Below are positions 43,345 to 54,325 of a DNA stretch of 64,000 nucleotides, in pieces. Numbering within the stretch: the first letter of the stretch is position 1; each line of letters starts with the position of its first letter. A program made the translations under genes and the position numbers. The notes below the pieces were generated by a model. The model was not told the DNA's origin and did not search any database. It was given only the letters and a program-made list of their open reading frames with translations. This DNA is from an uncultured Holophagaceae bacterium (lineage in GTDB: Bacteria; Acidobacteriota; Holophagae; Holophagales; Holophagaceae), in assembly GCA_963717275.1 (NCBI GenBank), contig CAVQVX010000001.1, positions 2,131,686 through 2,195,685 of the forward strand. Reading direction: 5' to 3'.

Positions 43345-44078
43345 ATGTCCGGCCACAGCAAATGGTCAACGATCAAGCACAAGAAGGGCGCCCTGGACGC
43401 CAAGCGGGGGAAGGTCTTCACCCGGGTGCTCAAGGAAATCACCGTGGCGGCCCGGCTGGGCGGCGGCGACGTGGCCGCCAACCCCCGGCTCCGGCTGGCG
43501 GTGGACCTGGCCAAGTCCAGCAACATGCCCAAGGAGAACTGGGAGCGCGCCATCAAGAAGGGCACCGGCGAGCTGGAAGGGCGTCTCCTACGAGGAGGTG
43601 CTCTACGAGGGCTACGGCCCCGGCGGCGCGGCCATCATCGTCGAGGCGGTCACCGACAACAAGAACCGCACCACCCCCGAGATCCGCAGCTTCTTCACCA
43701 AGTTCGGCAACGAGCTGGGCGCCTCCAATTCGGTCGCCTACATGTTCGTCAAGCGGGGCCAGATCGTGGTGGACGCCGGAGGTGCCCGAGGACAAGGTCA
43801 TGGAAGTGGCCCTGGAAGCCGGCGCCGACGACGTCAAGGACGAGGACGGCGCCTGGGTGATCACCACCGACCCGAACGACTACCAGGTGGTCAAGGACGC
43901 CGTGGACGCCGCCAAGCTCCCGGTGATCGAAGCCGGCATCGTCCGCCCCGCCTCCACCCGGGTCGCCATGGCCGGGGACAAGCTGAAGTCCTTCCTGAAG
44001 CTCGTCGATCTCCTCGAAGACAACGACGACGTCCAGAACGTCTGCCACAACGCCGACTACGACGAACCGGAGGACTAG
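43345..44078 (+). CDS. yebC: YebC/PmpR family protein, frameshifted
   Basis: [40 protein letters not shown]. Confidence 0.95.
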
Positions 44079-44487
44079 GCGTCCGCAGTTCCGGCCGTCG
44101 TGCCTTGCGGTCGGTTTCGGGTTCCGGGTGCTTGCGCCGACCCACCGGTGCGTGGTCCGCTTGCATCGTCCTCGCTGCGCTGCGGGCGATGCAAGCGGCC
44201 ACGCTGCCCCTTCCCCCCATGGACGAGTCGATCCGTCTTCGTTCCAATGAACAAAATTCAATAAAACGATCCTGGGACCCCGGGCATTCCAGGGAGCGGT
44301 CAACTCGCCCCCATGCCGCCAACCGAAGGAACCCCAAACCGAGGCGGGGAAGGGCCAGCGTGAGACCTTGGCGCACGCGCAGGAGGCGAAGCCGACGAGC
44401 ATGCGGCAAGGCTCTCACGCACCGGTGGGTCGGCGCACCGCCCCGGAACCCGGAGCCACCCGCAAGCGACGGGCGGAACCACGGACG
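44079..44487. mobile_element. About 410-bp non-coding element with about 75-bp imperfect terminal inverted repeats (MITE-like), flanked by CTAG
   Basis: Arms 44079-44154 and 44416-44487 with a perfect 22-bp core TGCGCCGACCCACCGGTGCGTG; CTAG at 44075 and 44488. Confidence 0.6.
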
Positions 44488-44491
44488 CTAG

Positions 44492-46562
44492 CCCAAGTTC
44501 CGTACGCACGTCCCCAATTGGGCCTACCGGAGCACGGTAGGCCCAATGTTTTCAGTAGAGCATTTTTCAAAGTGCCGTTTTAGGCACTAAATTATTTTCT
44601 ATAGTTATTGACACCGCTTCGTTGTGACCGATATTAGTATCACGATGTTCATCAAGCGTACGGTCGCCAAGTATGGGGAAAAGACCTACGTCAACCACCT
44701 GCTGGTTGAATCGGTGAACACGCCGGTCGGACCCCGGCACAAGGTGATCTGCAACCTCGGCCACATGGACCCGGGCCCCAAGGAAGAGTGGCTCGATCTC
44801 GCTGATCGGATCCAAGCTGCGCTGGGCGGCCAGCCCTCGCTGTTCCCGGATCCCCGGGTCGAGGATGCGGTGCGCCGAGTCCGTACCCGGCAGGCCAAGC
44901 AAAGCCAAGTGGAAGTGGCAGCCGAGGAGCCGCTGGTAGGCGAGACCGCCGTGCCCGAGGTCGTGCCGGTGAAGACCTCCGGCGTGCAGATCCAGGACAT
45001 CCGGGAGGTGGGGCCGCTCCATGTGGGCCATCAGATTTGGGAACGGCTGGAACTGGATGCCGTGCTGAAGGCCGTGGGGCTGTCGATCCAGGCGCGGCAG
45101 TTGACTGAGGTGATGACCTTGAACCGGCTGATCCAGCCGGCCTCGGAGTTGGCCATGGTGGACTGGGCGGGCCGAGTGGCCATCGCCGACGTGCTTGCGA
45201 CCGATCCATCGAAGCTCAACGAGGATAAGTTCTATCGGAATCTGGACACGCTGCACGACAAGCGGGTCGAGATCGAGCGGGAACTCCACGCCCGGGAGAA
45301 ATCGCTGTTCAATCTGCAAGGTCAATTGCTGCTCTACGATCTGACCAACACCCACTTCGAAGGCCAGATGGAGGCAACGCCCAAGGCCAAGCGTGGGCAC
45401 AACAAACAGATGCGCACCGACTGCAAGCAGGTGGCGATGAGCCTGATGCTGGACGGCGATGGTTTCCCCATCGGCCATGAGATCTACGATGGAGCCACCA
45501 TCGATGGAACCACTGTGGGAGCCATGCTGGATGCCCTGGAACAGCGCACAGGCATTGAAGGTGGGCTGACGGTGGTCATGGACCGCGGCTTTGCCAGCCG
45601 GAAGAACCTGGACCTGGTCCGCTCCCGGAAGTATCACTACCTGGTGGCCGGGTTCCAGAACCAGCGCGGGCCGCTGCTCGGCGAGTTCGAGCAGTTGGAA
45701 GGCTGGTGCGAGTTGGAGCCGAGCGCCATGAAGTTGCCGATCCAGATCAAGCGGATCGAGCAGGACGGGCTGGCCTACCTGTTGTGCCTGAGCCCGGCCC
45801 GGGCCGAGAAGGATCGGGCCATCCGGGAACGGCAGGAGAAGCGGCTGCTGAAAGACCTGGAGAAACTGGGTGAGCGGGTGCGCCAGGGCCTGGAGAAAGA
45901 GCATCCCCTGACCGATGCGGACCTGTTCGAACGTGTTGGCAGGCTGCGTGAACGCTATCCACGGGCGGCCCGCTACTACGCCATGGAGCGCCAGGACGGC
46001 CTCCTGGTCTGGCCGGTGAAAGAGGCCCTGCGGACCAGGGCGCAGGAATTGGACGGCGCCTATTTTCTGAAGACCTCGCGCACGGATCTGGAGGCGGAGG
46101 AGATCTGGAGAACCTACATGGTGCTCTCCCGGGTGGAGGCGGCCTTCCGCGACCTCAAGGGGACGCTGGACCTGCGGCCGGTCTACCACCGCAAGGAGAC
46201 CCGGGTGGAGACCCACATTTTTCTATGCGTCCTGGCCTACCACCTCCAGGCCGCCATCGAACATCTCCTCCAGGGCGCGGGGGACCACACGAGTTGGGAA
46301 ACCCTGCGCCAGGAACTCAGTACCCATCACATCGCGACCGTGGTCATGCCCACGGCAGATGGCCGGAAAATCGCCATCCGCCGCGGCAGCATCCCCGAGC
46401 AGCGGCCCAGGGAGATCTACCGACTCCTGGGCATCCCGGGCGACCCTATGAAGCCGATTAGGACCTGGGTCTGACCCACCTCGAATCCCGCCCGATAGGG
46501 ACTAATTTCGGCCATCGGGATTGGAAACAAAGCTGGTTAGTGACTTTCGTGCGGAACCCGGG
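44492..46562 (+). mobile_element. IS1634-family insertion sequence
   Basis: IRs CCCAAGTTCCGTACG / CGTGCGGAACCCGGG (12/15); CTAG on both sides. Confidence 0.85.
44645..46474 (+). CDS. IS1634-family DDE transposase
   Basis: MFIKR..LVES..NLG, YDLTNTHFEG, RGHNK..R.D, VMDRG, VEAAFRDLK..LRPVYH..HIFLCVLAY. Confidence 0.9.
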   Translation: MFIKRTVAKYGEKTYVNHLLVESVNTPVGPRHKVICNLGHMDPGPKEEWLDLADRIQAALGGQPSLFPDPRVEDAVRRVRTRQAKQSQVEVAAEEPLVGETAVPEVVPVKTSGVQIQDIREVGPLHVGHQIWERLELDAVLKAVGLSIQARQLTEVMTLNRLIQPASELAMVDWAGRVAIADVLATDPSKLNEDKFYRNLDTLHDKRVEIERELHAREKSLFNLQGQLLLYDLTNTHFEGQMEATPKAKRGHNKQMRTDCKQVAMSLMLDGDGFPIGHEIYDGATIDGTTVGAMLDALEQRTGIEGGLTVVMDRGFASRKNLDLVRSRKYHYLVAGFQNQRGPLLGEFEQLEGWCELEPSAMKLPIQIKRIEQDGLAYLLCLSPARAEKDRAIRERQEKRLLKDLEKLGERVRQGLEKEHPLTDADLFERVGRLRERYPRAARYYAMERQDGLLVWPVKEALRTRAQELDGAYFLKTSRTDLEAEEIWRTYMVLSRVEAAFRDLKGTLDLRPVYHRKETRVETHIFLCVLAYHLQAAIEHLLQGAGDHTSWETLRQELSTHHIATVVMPTADGRKIAIRRGSIPEQRPREIYRLLGIPGDPMKPIRTWV

Positions 46563-47235
46563 CTAGCGTTCGGCCACTCTCTGGTAGCGGAACTTGACGC
46601 GGCGCTGGAGGGCGCGGCCCTCGGGGCTGGTGGGGTCGCCGTCAACCTGGGAGTCGCCGTGGGCCTCGGCGGCCATGGTGCTGGAGTCCATGCCCTGGCT
46701 CTCCAGGACGCGCAGCACGGCCTCGGCCCGCAGGCCGCTCAGGGCCAGGGCGTCCACGCCCAGGCCCAGGCCCCGCCCGCGCTCGCCGGGGGCGGCGTGG
46801 CCTTCGCAGATGAGGGTGAAGCCGGGGTATTCCAGGGCCATGTCGCTGATGCGGGTGAGCAGGGGCTGGAATTCCGGGAGGACCGCGGCCGAGCCCTCCT
46901 CGAACAGCACCGAGCCGCGGAAGCTGACGATGCGCATGCTGCACGCCCACGTCCTCGCCCGGCACCGGCTTCAGGTCGCTCAGGTGCTTTTCCAGGTCGG
47001 CGGCCCGGTTCGGGTCGATGCCCAGGTTGCCGGGCAGGATGCCGACGCCCTTGACGCCCAGCTCATGCTGGAACGATTGCAGCACATCCTGGAGCTTCTG
47101 CTGGTCCTGGGCGGAAAAGGAGTAGATCACGGCGAAAAAGGCCATGAGCTGGACCATGAGGTCGGCGAAGGTGATCAGCCAGAGGCCCTCGAAGTCGTCC
47201 TTGCGGCGCGACGGGCGCAGCGGCACCCTAGCCAC
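46563..47235 (-). CDS. motB: MotB/PomB-like stator subunit with OmpA-like domain, frameshifted
   Basis: WLITFADLM (conserved Asp), VLF..GSA, EGH, LSGLRA..V, QRRV. Confidence 0.82.
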
Positions 47236-47999
47236 GGACAGCCTCGGCCCGGCGGGTCTTGTTGCGGGGCGCCAGGGAGGCGTTGAGCTGCTCCTCCAGC
47301 TGGCCCGGGTTCATCTCCGCCGCGATGCCCAGGATCCCTTCCAGCACCAGCCGCTTGTTCTGCAGCTCCTCCCGGGAGCGGAACTCCAGCTTGCCGGAGA
47401 TCGGAACCGCGAACAGGTAGGCGATCACCGCGCCGTAGAAGGTGGACAGCAGGCTGAGCGCCATGCCCTGGCCGATCCCGGCCGGGTCCTTGATGCTCAC
47501 GAACAGCTGCACCATGCCGATGAGGGTGCCCACCATGCCGAAGCTGGGGGCGGCGGTGGCGATGAAGCGGAAGATCTCCTGGCCCAGGGTGTGCCGTTCC
47601 TGGGTGGCGTGGATCTCCTGGGTGAGCACGTCGTTCAGGTAGTCCCGGCTCGACCCCGTCCACCACCAGCCGGATGCCCTGGCGCATGAAGGGATCCTCG
47701 GGCAGGTGCTTCTCCAGGCCCAGCTTGCCTTCCCGCCGGGCCCGCTGGCTCAGCGCCACCAGGTTGGTCACCAGGGCCTGGGGCGTGGCGGCCTGGGTGA
47801 AGAAGGCGCGGGAGGCGACCGCCAGGGCCGAACGCACGCTGCTCAGGGGGAAGCGGATCAGGGTGGAGGCCATGATGCCGCCGAACACCACCACCAGGCT
47901 GGCGGGGTGCAGGAAGATCCGCGGGTTCGGACCCATGGCGATGACCAGGACCAGGAGGCCCAGGCCCAGCAGAAAGCCGATCAGCGTGCCTCGATCCAT
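47228..47999 (-). CDS. motA: MotA/PomA-like stator subunit, frameshifted
   Basis: ARREGKLGLE..DPF..GIRLVVDG, APSFGMVGTLIGMV, STFYG. Confidence 0.85.
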
Positions 48000-48061
48000 G
48001 GGGAGCCTCTGGCCAATATATCGACAATAAGGTTTATCAAGGAAGTTTCGAGCCAGAAAGG

Positions 48062-48904
48062 CTACAGGCCGGGTGGGAATCCCATGGCCAGGCGCACCAG
48101 GGCGATGCCCGGGTCCACCCGGCCGTCGCGCCGGCGGATGGTGATGGGGGCGGCCACTGCCGGCAGTTCGCGCCGCCACCTCGAACCCCTCGGGCAGATC
48201 GCCCTTCCGGCCGCCGGCGAACAGGGCGATGCCGTACGGCTCGCCCTCCTTGAAGACCACGTCCTGGCGGTGCAGCAGCAGCAGCCCGGCCGCCCGGTAG
48301 GCCTGCTTCGGCCCGGGCCACCTGGTCCAGGGGGAACACGCAGGCGAACACCCCGCCCGGGGCCAGGATTCCGGCCGCGGCCAGGGCATAGTCGCCGATG
48401 TCGCCGCGCACCTCCAGGCGGGCCGGGACGGCCTGGGGGTGGGCGGCCGCCACCCGGGTGCCCACCGGCCAGTACCGGCGGCGAGCCCAGCACCAGGTCG
48501 AACGGGGCCTCGTCCCGGAACAGCCCGGGATCGCGCAGGTCCCCTTCGCGGATGTGGTAGCGGTCCAGCAGGCCGTTGTAGGCGGCGCTCTTGCGGGCCA
48601 GGCGCGCGGAGATGCCCTGGGCCTCCACGGTATGCACCACGGCACCCGGGCAGCGCCAGGCGGCGGCCATGCCCACCGAGCCGATGCCCGAGCCCAGGTC
48701 GGCGATGCGCGCGGGCCGGGGGCACCAGGTGGTGCCGTACCAGGCCGCGAGCAGGTCGTCGGTGGAGCAGCGGTGTCCCTTCCGGTACTGGAAGATGCGG
48801 AAGTGGCCGCACAGTGGTCCAGGGTCTCCTCCGGCTCCGGCTCGAGCCCCGCCGGGCGGCAGCGGGCCGGGACGGGTCCAGCCCTTGAAGCTCGCCTCAT
48901 TCAT
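48062..48904 (-). CDS. SAM methyltransferase, tRNA1(Val) m6A37 (YfiC/TrmN6)-like, frameshifted
   Basis: IFQYRKGHRCSTDDLL, DLGSGIGSVG, FDLVLGSPP(Y). Confidence 0.75.
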   Translation of the reverse strand: MNEASFKGWTRPGPLPPGGARAGAGGDPGPLCGHFRIFQYRKGHRCSTDDLLAAWYGTTWCPRPARIADLGSGIGSVGMAAAWRCPGAVVHTVEAQGISARLARKSAAYNGLLDRYHIREGDLRDPGLFRDEAPFDLVLGSPPVLAGGHPGGGRPPPGRPGPPGGARRHRRLCPGRGRNPGPGRGVRLRVPPGPGGPGRSRPTGRPGCCCCTARTWSSRRASRTASPCSPAAGRAICPRGSRWRRELPAVAAPITIRRRDGRVDPGIALVRLAMGFPPGL

Positions 48905-49577
48905 GGGCGTCTCTCGGGTCGAGCCCGTCGAACAGGCCGCCCCGCCCTCGGGCGGCAGCTCCGGCGGCACCAGCCGGGCCAGGGCCAGGGCCTCCAGGTT
49001 GCCTTCGCCGAAGTCCGCCAGGCGAGGCAGGTCGGCCAGGCTCCTGAGCCCGAAATGGAGCAGGAACTTCAGGCTGGTGGCGTACATCATGGGCCGGCCC
49101 ACCACCGCCTTGCGCCCCACCGGAAGCACCAGCTCGCGCTCCAGCAGGACCTTCACCTGGTTGGCGCAGCTGGTGACGCCGCGCAGCTCGTTGATCTCGG
49201 GCATGGTCACCGGCTGCCGGTAGGCGATGATGGCCAGGGTCTCGATCTGGGCCGGGGTGAGCTTGCCGCTGCGGATGGTGGTGACCAGTTTGGCCACCAG
49301 GGTCTGGTATTCGGGCGCCGCGGCCAGGCGCCAGCCGCCGCCCACCTCGAGCAGGCGCAGGCCCCGGGGCGGCCGCAGCCGCTCCTGGAGCTTCTCCAGG
49401 CCCTGCAGCAGCACGCCTTCGCCCAGCCCGGTCAGCTCGCGCAGCCGGGCCATGGTCCAACACCTCGCCGCTGGACACCAGCAGCGCCTCCAGGGCGCCG
49501 GCCAGATCGCCGCCGGCTTCCCAGAGGGGCTCATAGAATTCCAGGGTCGCATCGTCCAAGGTGGCGGCCTCGTTCAT
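48897..49577 (-). CDS. scpB: SMC-ScpAB subunit ScpB, frameshifted
   Basis: LEALL, ETLAIIAYRQPVT..I..LRGV, GRP.MYAT..FL.HFGLRSL.DLP. Confidence 0.9.
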   Translation of the reverse strand: MNEAATLDDATLEFYEPLWEAGGDLAGALEALLVSSGEVLDHGPAARADRAGRRRAAAGPGEAPGAAAAAPGPAPARGGRRLAPGRGARIPDPGGQTGHHHPQRQAHPGPDRDPGHHRLPAAGDHARDQRAARRHQLRQPGEGPAGARAGASGGAQGGGGPAHDVRHQPEVPAPFRAQEPGRPASPGGLRRRQPGGPGPGPAGAAGAAARGRGGLFDGLDPRDAHE

Positions 49578-50444
49578 GAAAGGAAATGGCCAAGGCGCTG
49601 CCCCACCCGTACCGGGCCGCGCGGGCGGCACGGCCTGCCACTGGCCGGCCCGGGGCCCGCCGATGAGCAGCACCACGGTGGAGCCGAACTGGAAGGTGCC
49701 CAGGTCCTCCCCGGGCTGGCAGGGCAGGCCGTCCACGGCCAGGGCCCCGTCCGCGGGCAGCGGCGCGGCCCTCCAGCCAGCGCGGGTCGATCAGCACGCC
49801 CGCCCACATGGGTGGCCCCCACCAGCACCGCGGCCACTTCCAGGCCTTCGTCCGGGCCCGGTGCCCGCGGCCACCCAGGTGGCCCGGCGGTTCCGCTCGT
49901 AGAGGCGCGGCACGTGGGTGGTGCTGGCCTCGTTCACCGGCCAGAGCTCGCCCTCCACCCGGCCCACGGCGCTCACCCGGCCCGGCCACGGGCACATGGA
50001 TGCGGTGGTAGTCCTTGGGGCGAAAGGTAGAGGGTCAGGTAGTGACCGCCCTCGAAGCGGCGCGGCCTGCGGGGTCGTGCTTGAGCAGTTCGCCGATGCG
50101 GTAGGGCAGGCCCTTGGCCTGGATGGCCTGGCCGGCCTCGATGCGGCCGCAGGCCGACCAGCCTGCCCGTCCACCGGGCTGTTGACGCAGCCGGGCGCCG
50201 GCGCCTCCTGGGGCCGGATGCCGGGCTTGAGCCGCCGGGTGAACAGGGCCTGCAGGCTGGGGTAGGCTTCCAGGGGCCGCTCGGCCTCGCCCATGTCCAG
50301 CCCGTAGGCCCGGACGAAGCGGCCCAGCAGGGGCGCCCGCAGGGCCACCGGCAGGGGCCGGGACGCGGCCCACCCCGCCGCGGCGGAGCCCAGGCGCTTG
50401 GGGTAGAGGCGCAGCAGGTTCAGGGAAAGGGGCCATGATTCCAT
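49574..50444 (-). CDS. psd: Phosphatidylserine decarboxylase, many frameshifts
   Basis: FTRRLKPG.RP, SPVDG, QAKG..Y, FQFGSTVVLL self-cleavage motif. Confidence 0.85.
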
Positions 50445-50597
50445 CGTCTCCCAAGTTAACACGGCCGGGGCGTGGCGCCGGAAAATGCGGAGAATTCGAC
50501 CGCTTGATCGCGGATAAGGTACCGATCCGGGCGGCGGCCTGAGAAAAAAGCGCCAAAAGCCCAGCAAAGCGGTCATATTAAAGATCTTAATTTTCCA

Positions 50598-50613
50598 TTT
50601 GATATCGATCACA
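50598..50613. promoter_or_regulatory. CRP/FNR-type box upstream of hdr-flx
   Basis: TTTGAtatcgaTCACA, one mismatch from both TGTGA-N6-TCACA and TTGAT-N4-ATCAA. Confidence 0.5.
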
Positions 50614-50765
50614 AATACTCGGTAAGCTTACCGGACGCCAGGAAAGAAGCGGCATAATCCCTTATAGATAGAGCAAACAGCAGCCCCATCGGTCCTTCCC
50701 CAGGACAAGAACTTAATCAGAGCCTGGGAGGAGAATGAATCAAGCTCAGCTGCCAGGAGAGTCCA

Positions 50766-51335
50766 ATGACCAGTGCGCCCCACCATTCCAGCCATGGGGA
50801 AACGCTGAAGGCCCGGGTCGAACAGGCCACCGGGGTCAAACTGAACCACTGCTACCAGTGCGGCAAGTGCGCCGCGGGCTGCCCGGTGGCCGAGGACATG
50901 GACCTGACCTCGTGCCAGATCCTGCGCCTGGTCCAGTTCGGCGACCCCGCCTGGGACCGGCAGGCCCTGCCAGAGCGAAGGCATCTGGCTTTGCCTGGCC
51001 TGCGAGACCTGCTCCACCCGCTGCCCCCAGGAGGTGGAGGTGCCCAAGGTGATGGACTTCCTGCGCACCGAGGCGGTGCGCCAGGACCTGGCCCACCCCA
51101 GGAGCAGGGACATCCTGGCGTTCCACCGCGCCTTCATGGATTCGGTGCGCGAGACCGGGCGGCTCTACGAGATCGGCCTGGTGGCCGACTACAAGCTGCG
51201 GAGCCGGCACTTCCTCAAGGACGTGATGCTCGCCCCCAAGATGTTCACCCGCGGCAAGCTTCCCCTCGTTCCGCACCTGATCCAGGGCCGGGACGCCATC
51301 AAGCGCATCTTCAAGCGCACGCTCGGGGCCCATGA
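50766..51335 (+). CDS. hdrC: Heterodisulfide reductase subunit C (frameshift near 50970)
   Basis: CYQCGKCAAGCP and IWLCLACETCSTRCP. Confidence 0.88.
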   Translation: MTSAPHHSSHGETLKARVEQATGVKLNHCYQCGKCAAGCPVAEDMDLTSCQILRLVQFGDPAWDRQALPERRHLALPGLRDLLHPLPPGGGGAQGDGLPAHRGGAPGPGPPQEQGHPGVPPRLHGFGARDRAALRDRPGGRLQAAEPALPQGRDARPQDVHPRQASPRSAPDPGPGRHQAHLQAHARGP

Positions 51336-51352
51336 CGCGAAAAGGAGCAGCC

Positions 51353-52214
51353 ATGAGGATCGGCTACTATCCCGGTTGTTCCCTGCTGGGTTCCAGCAGG
51401 GAATTCGACGAATCCGTCCGGGCCGTCGCCCAGGCCATCGGCCTGGAACTGGTCGAAGTGCCCGACTGGAACTGCTGCGGCGCCAGCAGCGCCCACGTGC
51501 TGGACCACCGGCTGTCGCTGTCGCTGCCGGCGCGGATCCTGGCCCAGGCCGAAGCCGCGGGCCTCGCCGAGGTGCTGGCCCCCTGCGCCGCCTGCTACAA
51601 CCGCCTGACCTCGGCCCGGGCCGCGCTGGAGGCGGACCCCGCCCTGGCCGCGGAGATCGCCGCCGTCATCGAGATGCCGGTCACCGGCCAGGTGAAGGTG
51701 GTGAACGTGCTGGAGGTGCTGGACCGGTTCAAGGAGGTCATCCAGGAGAAGACGGTGGCCCCCTTCGCCCGCAAGGTGGCCTGCTACTACGGCTGCCTCC
51801 TGGTGCGGCCGCCCAAGGTGGTGGCCTTCGACCGGCCCGAGGATCCCATGTCCATGGACCGCATGATGGCCGCGGCGGGCGCCGAGGCGATCGAATGGAA
51901 CTTCAAGACCGAGTGCTGCGGCGCGGCCTTCTCGGTCACCCGCACCGACCTGGTGGCCCGGATGTCGGGCCGGATCGTGGCCGACGCGGCCCGCCGCGGC
52001 GCCGAAGCGATCGTCGTGGCCTGCCCCATGTGCCAGTCCAACCTGGACATGCGCCGGCCCGAGATCAACGCCCGGCTGGGCGCAGGACCACCAGGTGCCG
52101 GTCATCTTCATCACCCAGGCCCTCGGGCTGGCCCTCGGCCTCGCCCCCACGGCCCTGGGCCTGCAGCGGCACATGGTGCCCGCCCTGGCCCTGCAACCTT
52201 CCGCCACCGTCTGA
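51353..52214 (+). CDS. hdrB: Heterodisulfide reductase subunit B (frameshift near 52085)
   Basis: YYPGC, DWNCCG, YYGC, ECCG, ACPMCQSNLD (CCG domains). Confidence 0.9.
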
Positions 52215-52226
52215 GAGAGGCCGACC

Positions 52227-54219
52227 ATGTCACGAATCGGCGTATTCACCTGCCACTGCGGCGAAAACATCGGCGGGACCGTGGATTGCGGCAAGGTTGC
52301 CGAATGCACCCGCACCATCCCCGGCGTGGTCCACAGCGTGGACTACAAGTACATGTGCTCGGACCCCGGCCAGAGCATGATCAAGGACGCCATCAAGGAG
52401 CACGGCCTCACCGGCGTGGTGGTGGCGGCCTGCTCCCCGCGCATGCACGAGCCCACCTTCCGCAACGCCGTGGCCGAGGCCGGGCTGAACCCGTACCTGT
52501 GCGAGATGGCCAACCTGCGCGAGCACTGTTCCTGGGTGCACGAAAAGGGCGAGGTCACCACCGCGAAGGCCGCCGACCTGGTGCGGGTGATGGTGGAGAA
52601 GGTCAAGCGCAACCAGCCGCTGCAGCCCATCCACGTGCCGGTCACCAAGCGGGCCCTGGTGCTGGGCGGCGGCATCGCCGGCATCCAGGCCGCGCTGGAC
52701 ATCGCCAACAGCCGGCCACAAGGTGGTGCTGGTGGAGAAGTCGCCCTCCATCGGCGGGCACATGAGCCAGCTTTCGGAGACCTTCCCCACCCTGGACTGC
52801 TCCCAGTGCATCCTCACCCCGCGCATGGTGGAGGCGGCCCGGCACCCCAACATCACCCTCATGACCTACGCCGAGCTGGAGAAGCCTTCGGGCTTCATCG
52901 GCAACTTCAAGGCCACCATCCGCAAGAAGGCGCGCCAGGTGGACGAGAAGCTCTGCACCGGCTGCGGCCTGTGCACCACCAAGTGCCCCAACAAGAAGAT
53001 CCCCGACGAGTTCAACGAGGGGCTGTCGACCCGCGGCGCGATCTACGTGCCGTTCCCCCAGGCGGTGCCCAACAAGCCGGTGATCGACAAGCTCAACTGC
53101 ACCTTCTACAAGACCGGCAAGTGCAAGGTCTGCGAGAAGATGTGCCCGACCAAGGCGATCCGCTTCGACCAGGAGGACGAGCTGGTCACCCTGGACATCG
53201 GCGCCATCGTGCTGGCCACCGGCTTCAAGGTGATGCGCACCGACCAGTTCCCCGAGTACGGCTACGGCAGGTACAAGGACGTGCTGGACGGCCTGCAGTT
53301 CGAGCGCCTCGCCTCGGCCTCCGGCCCCACCGCCGGCGCCATGAAGCGCCCCAGCGACGGCAAGGAGCCCGAGACGGTGGTCTTCGTGGCCTGCTCCGGA
53401 TCGCGCGACCGCTCCAAGGGCGTGCCGTACTGCTCCAAGGTCTGCTGCATGTACACCGCCAAGCACGCCATGCTCTACAAGCACAAGATGCACCACGGCA
53501 AGGCCTACGTCTTCTACATGGACATCCGCTCCTCGGGCAAGGACTACGACGAGTTCGTGCGCCGGGCCATCGAGGAGGACGACGTCAGCTACATCCGCGG
53601 CCGGGTCTCGCGCATCTACGAGGAGGACGGCAAGCTGGTGGTGATGGGCGCCGACACCCTGCAGAACGGCCGGCCGGTGGAGATCAGGGCCGACATGGTG
53701 GTGCTGGCCACCGCCGTGCAGGCCCAGGACGGCAGCGAGCAGCTGGCCCAGAAGCTGCACGTGAGCTACGACCCCTACCACTTCTTCGCCGAGGCCCACC
53801 CCAAGCTCAAGCCGGTGGAGACCAACACCGCCGGGATCTTCCTGGCCGGCGCCTGCCAGGCGCCCCGGGACATCCCCGAGACCGTGGCCCAGGCCAGCGG
53901 CGCGGCCGCCAAGGTGGCCGCGCTGTTCAGCCAGGACGAGCTGACCCGGGAGCCGCAGATCGCCGTGGTCAACCGCCTCCCGCCCCCGGCCTTCTCCTAC
54001 TGCGTGGGCTGCTTCCTGTGCCAGAGCGCCTGCCCCTACCAGGCCATCGAGCAGGAGGAGATCAAGGGCCGGGACGGCAGCGTGCTCAAGACCGTCGCCA
54101 AGGTCAACCCGGGCCTGTGCCAGGGCTGCGGCACCTGCGTCGCCACCTGCCGCACCAAGGCCATCGACATCCAGGGCTTCAGCAACGAACAGATCTTCGC
54201 CGAAATCATGACGCTATGA
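52227..54219 (+). CDS. hdrA: Heterodisulfide reductase subunit A (frameshift near 52712)
   Basis: RIGVFTCHCG, ACSPRMHE, NLREHCSWVH, GGGIAG, TFPTLDCSQC, CSKVCCMY, ferredoxin motifs. Confidence 0.95.
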
Positions 54220-54228
54220 AATTTCCAT

Positions 54229-54312
54229 GGGGGACCGCGCGCTCGTTCCACTCGCTCTCCGTCCCCCACACCCCACTTCAAGCCCGGGCGAAGCCCGGAC
54301 CTGAAGTCCACC
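54229..54312. repeat. Dispersed two-hairpin REP-like element, copy 2 (between hdrA and flxD)
   Basis: Homologous to 42401..42487. Confidence 0.75.
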
Positions 54313-54325
54313 CGGGACCCCTGCC

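Noticed and set aside
46563-47999. Zorya ZorAB defence system
   Set aside because: MotA is normal length with no ZorA tail, and no zorC/D/E genes are nearby
54217-54312. Selenocysteine TGA plus SECIS at the end of hdrA
   Set aside because: HdrA is complete at the TGA, FlxD has its own ATG and all Cys ligands, and the hairpin is a dispersed repeat also found after ybeY
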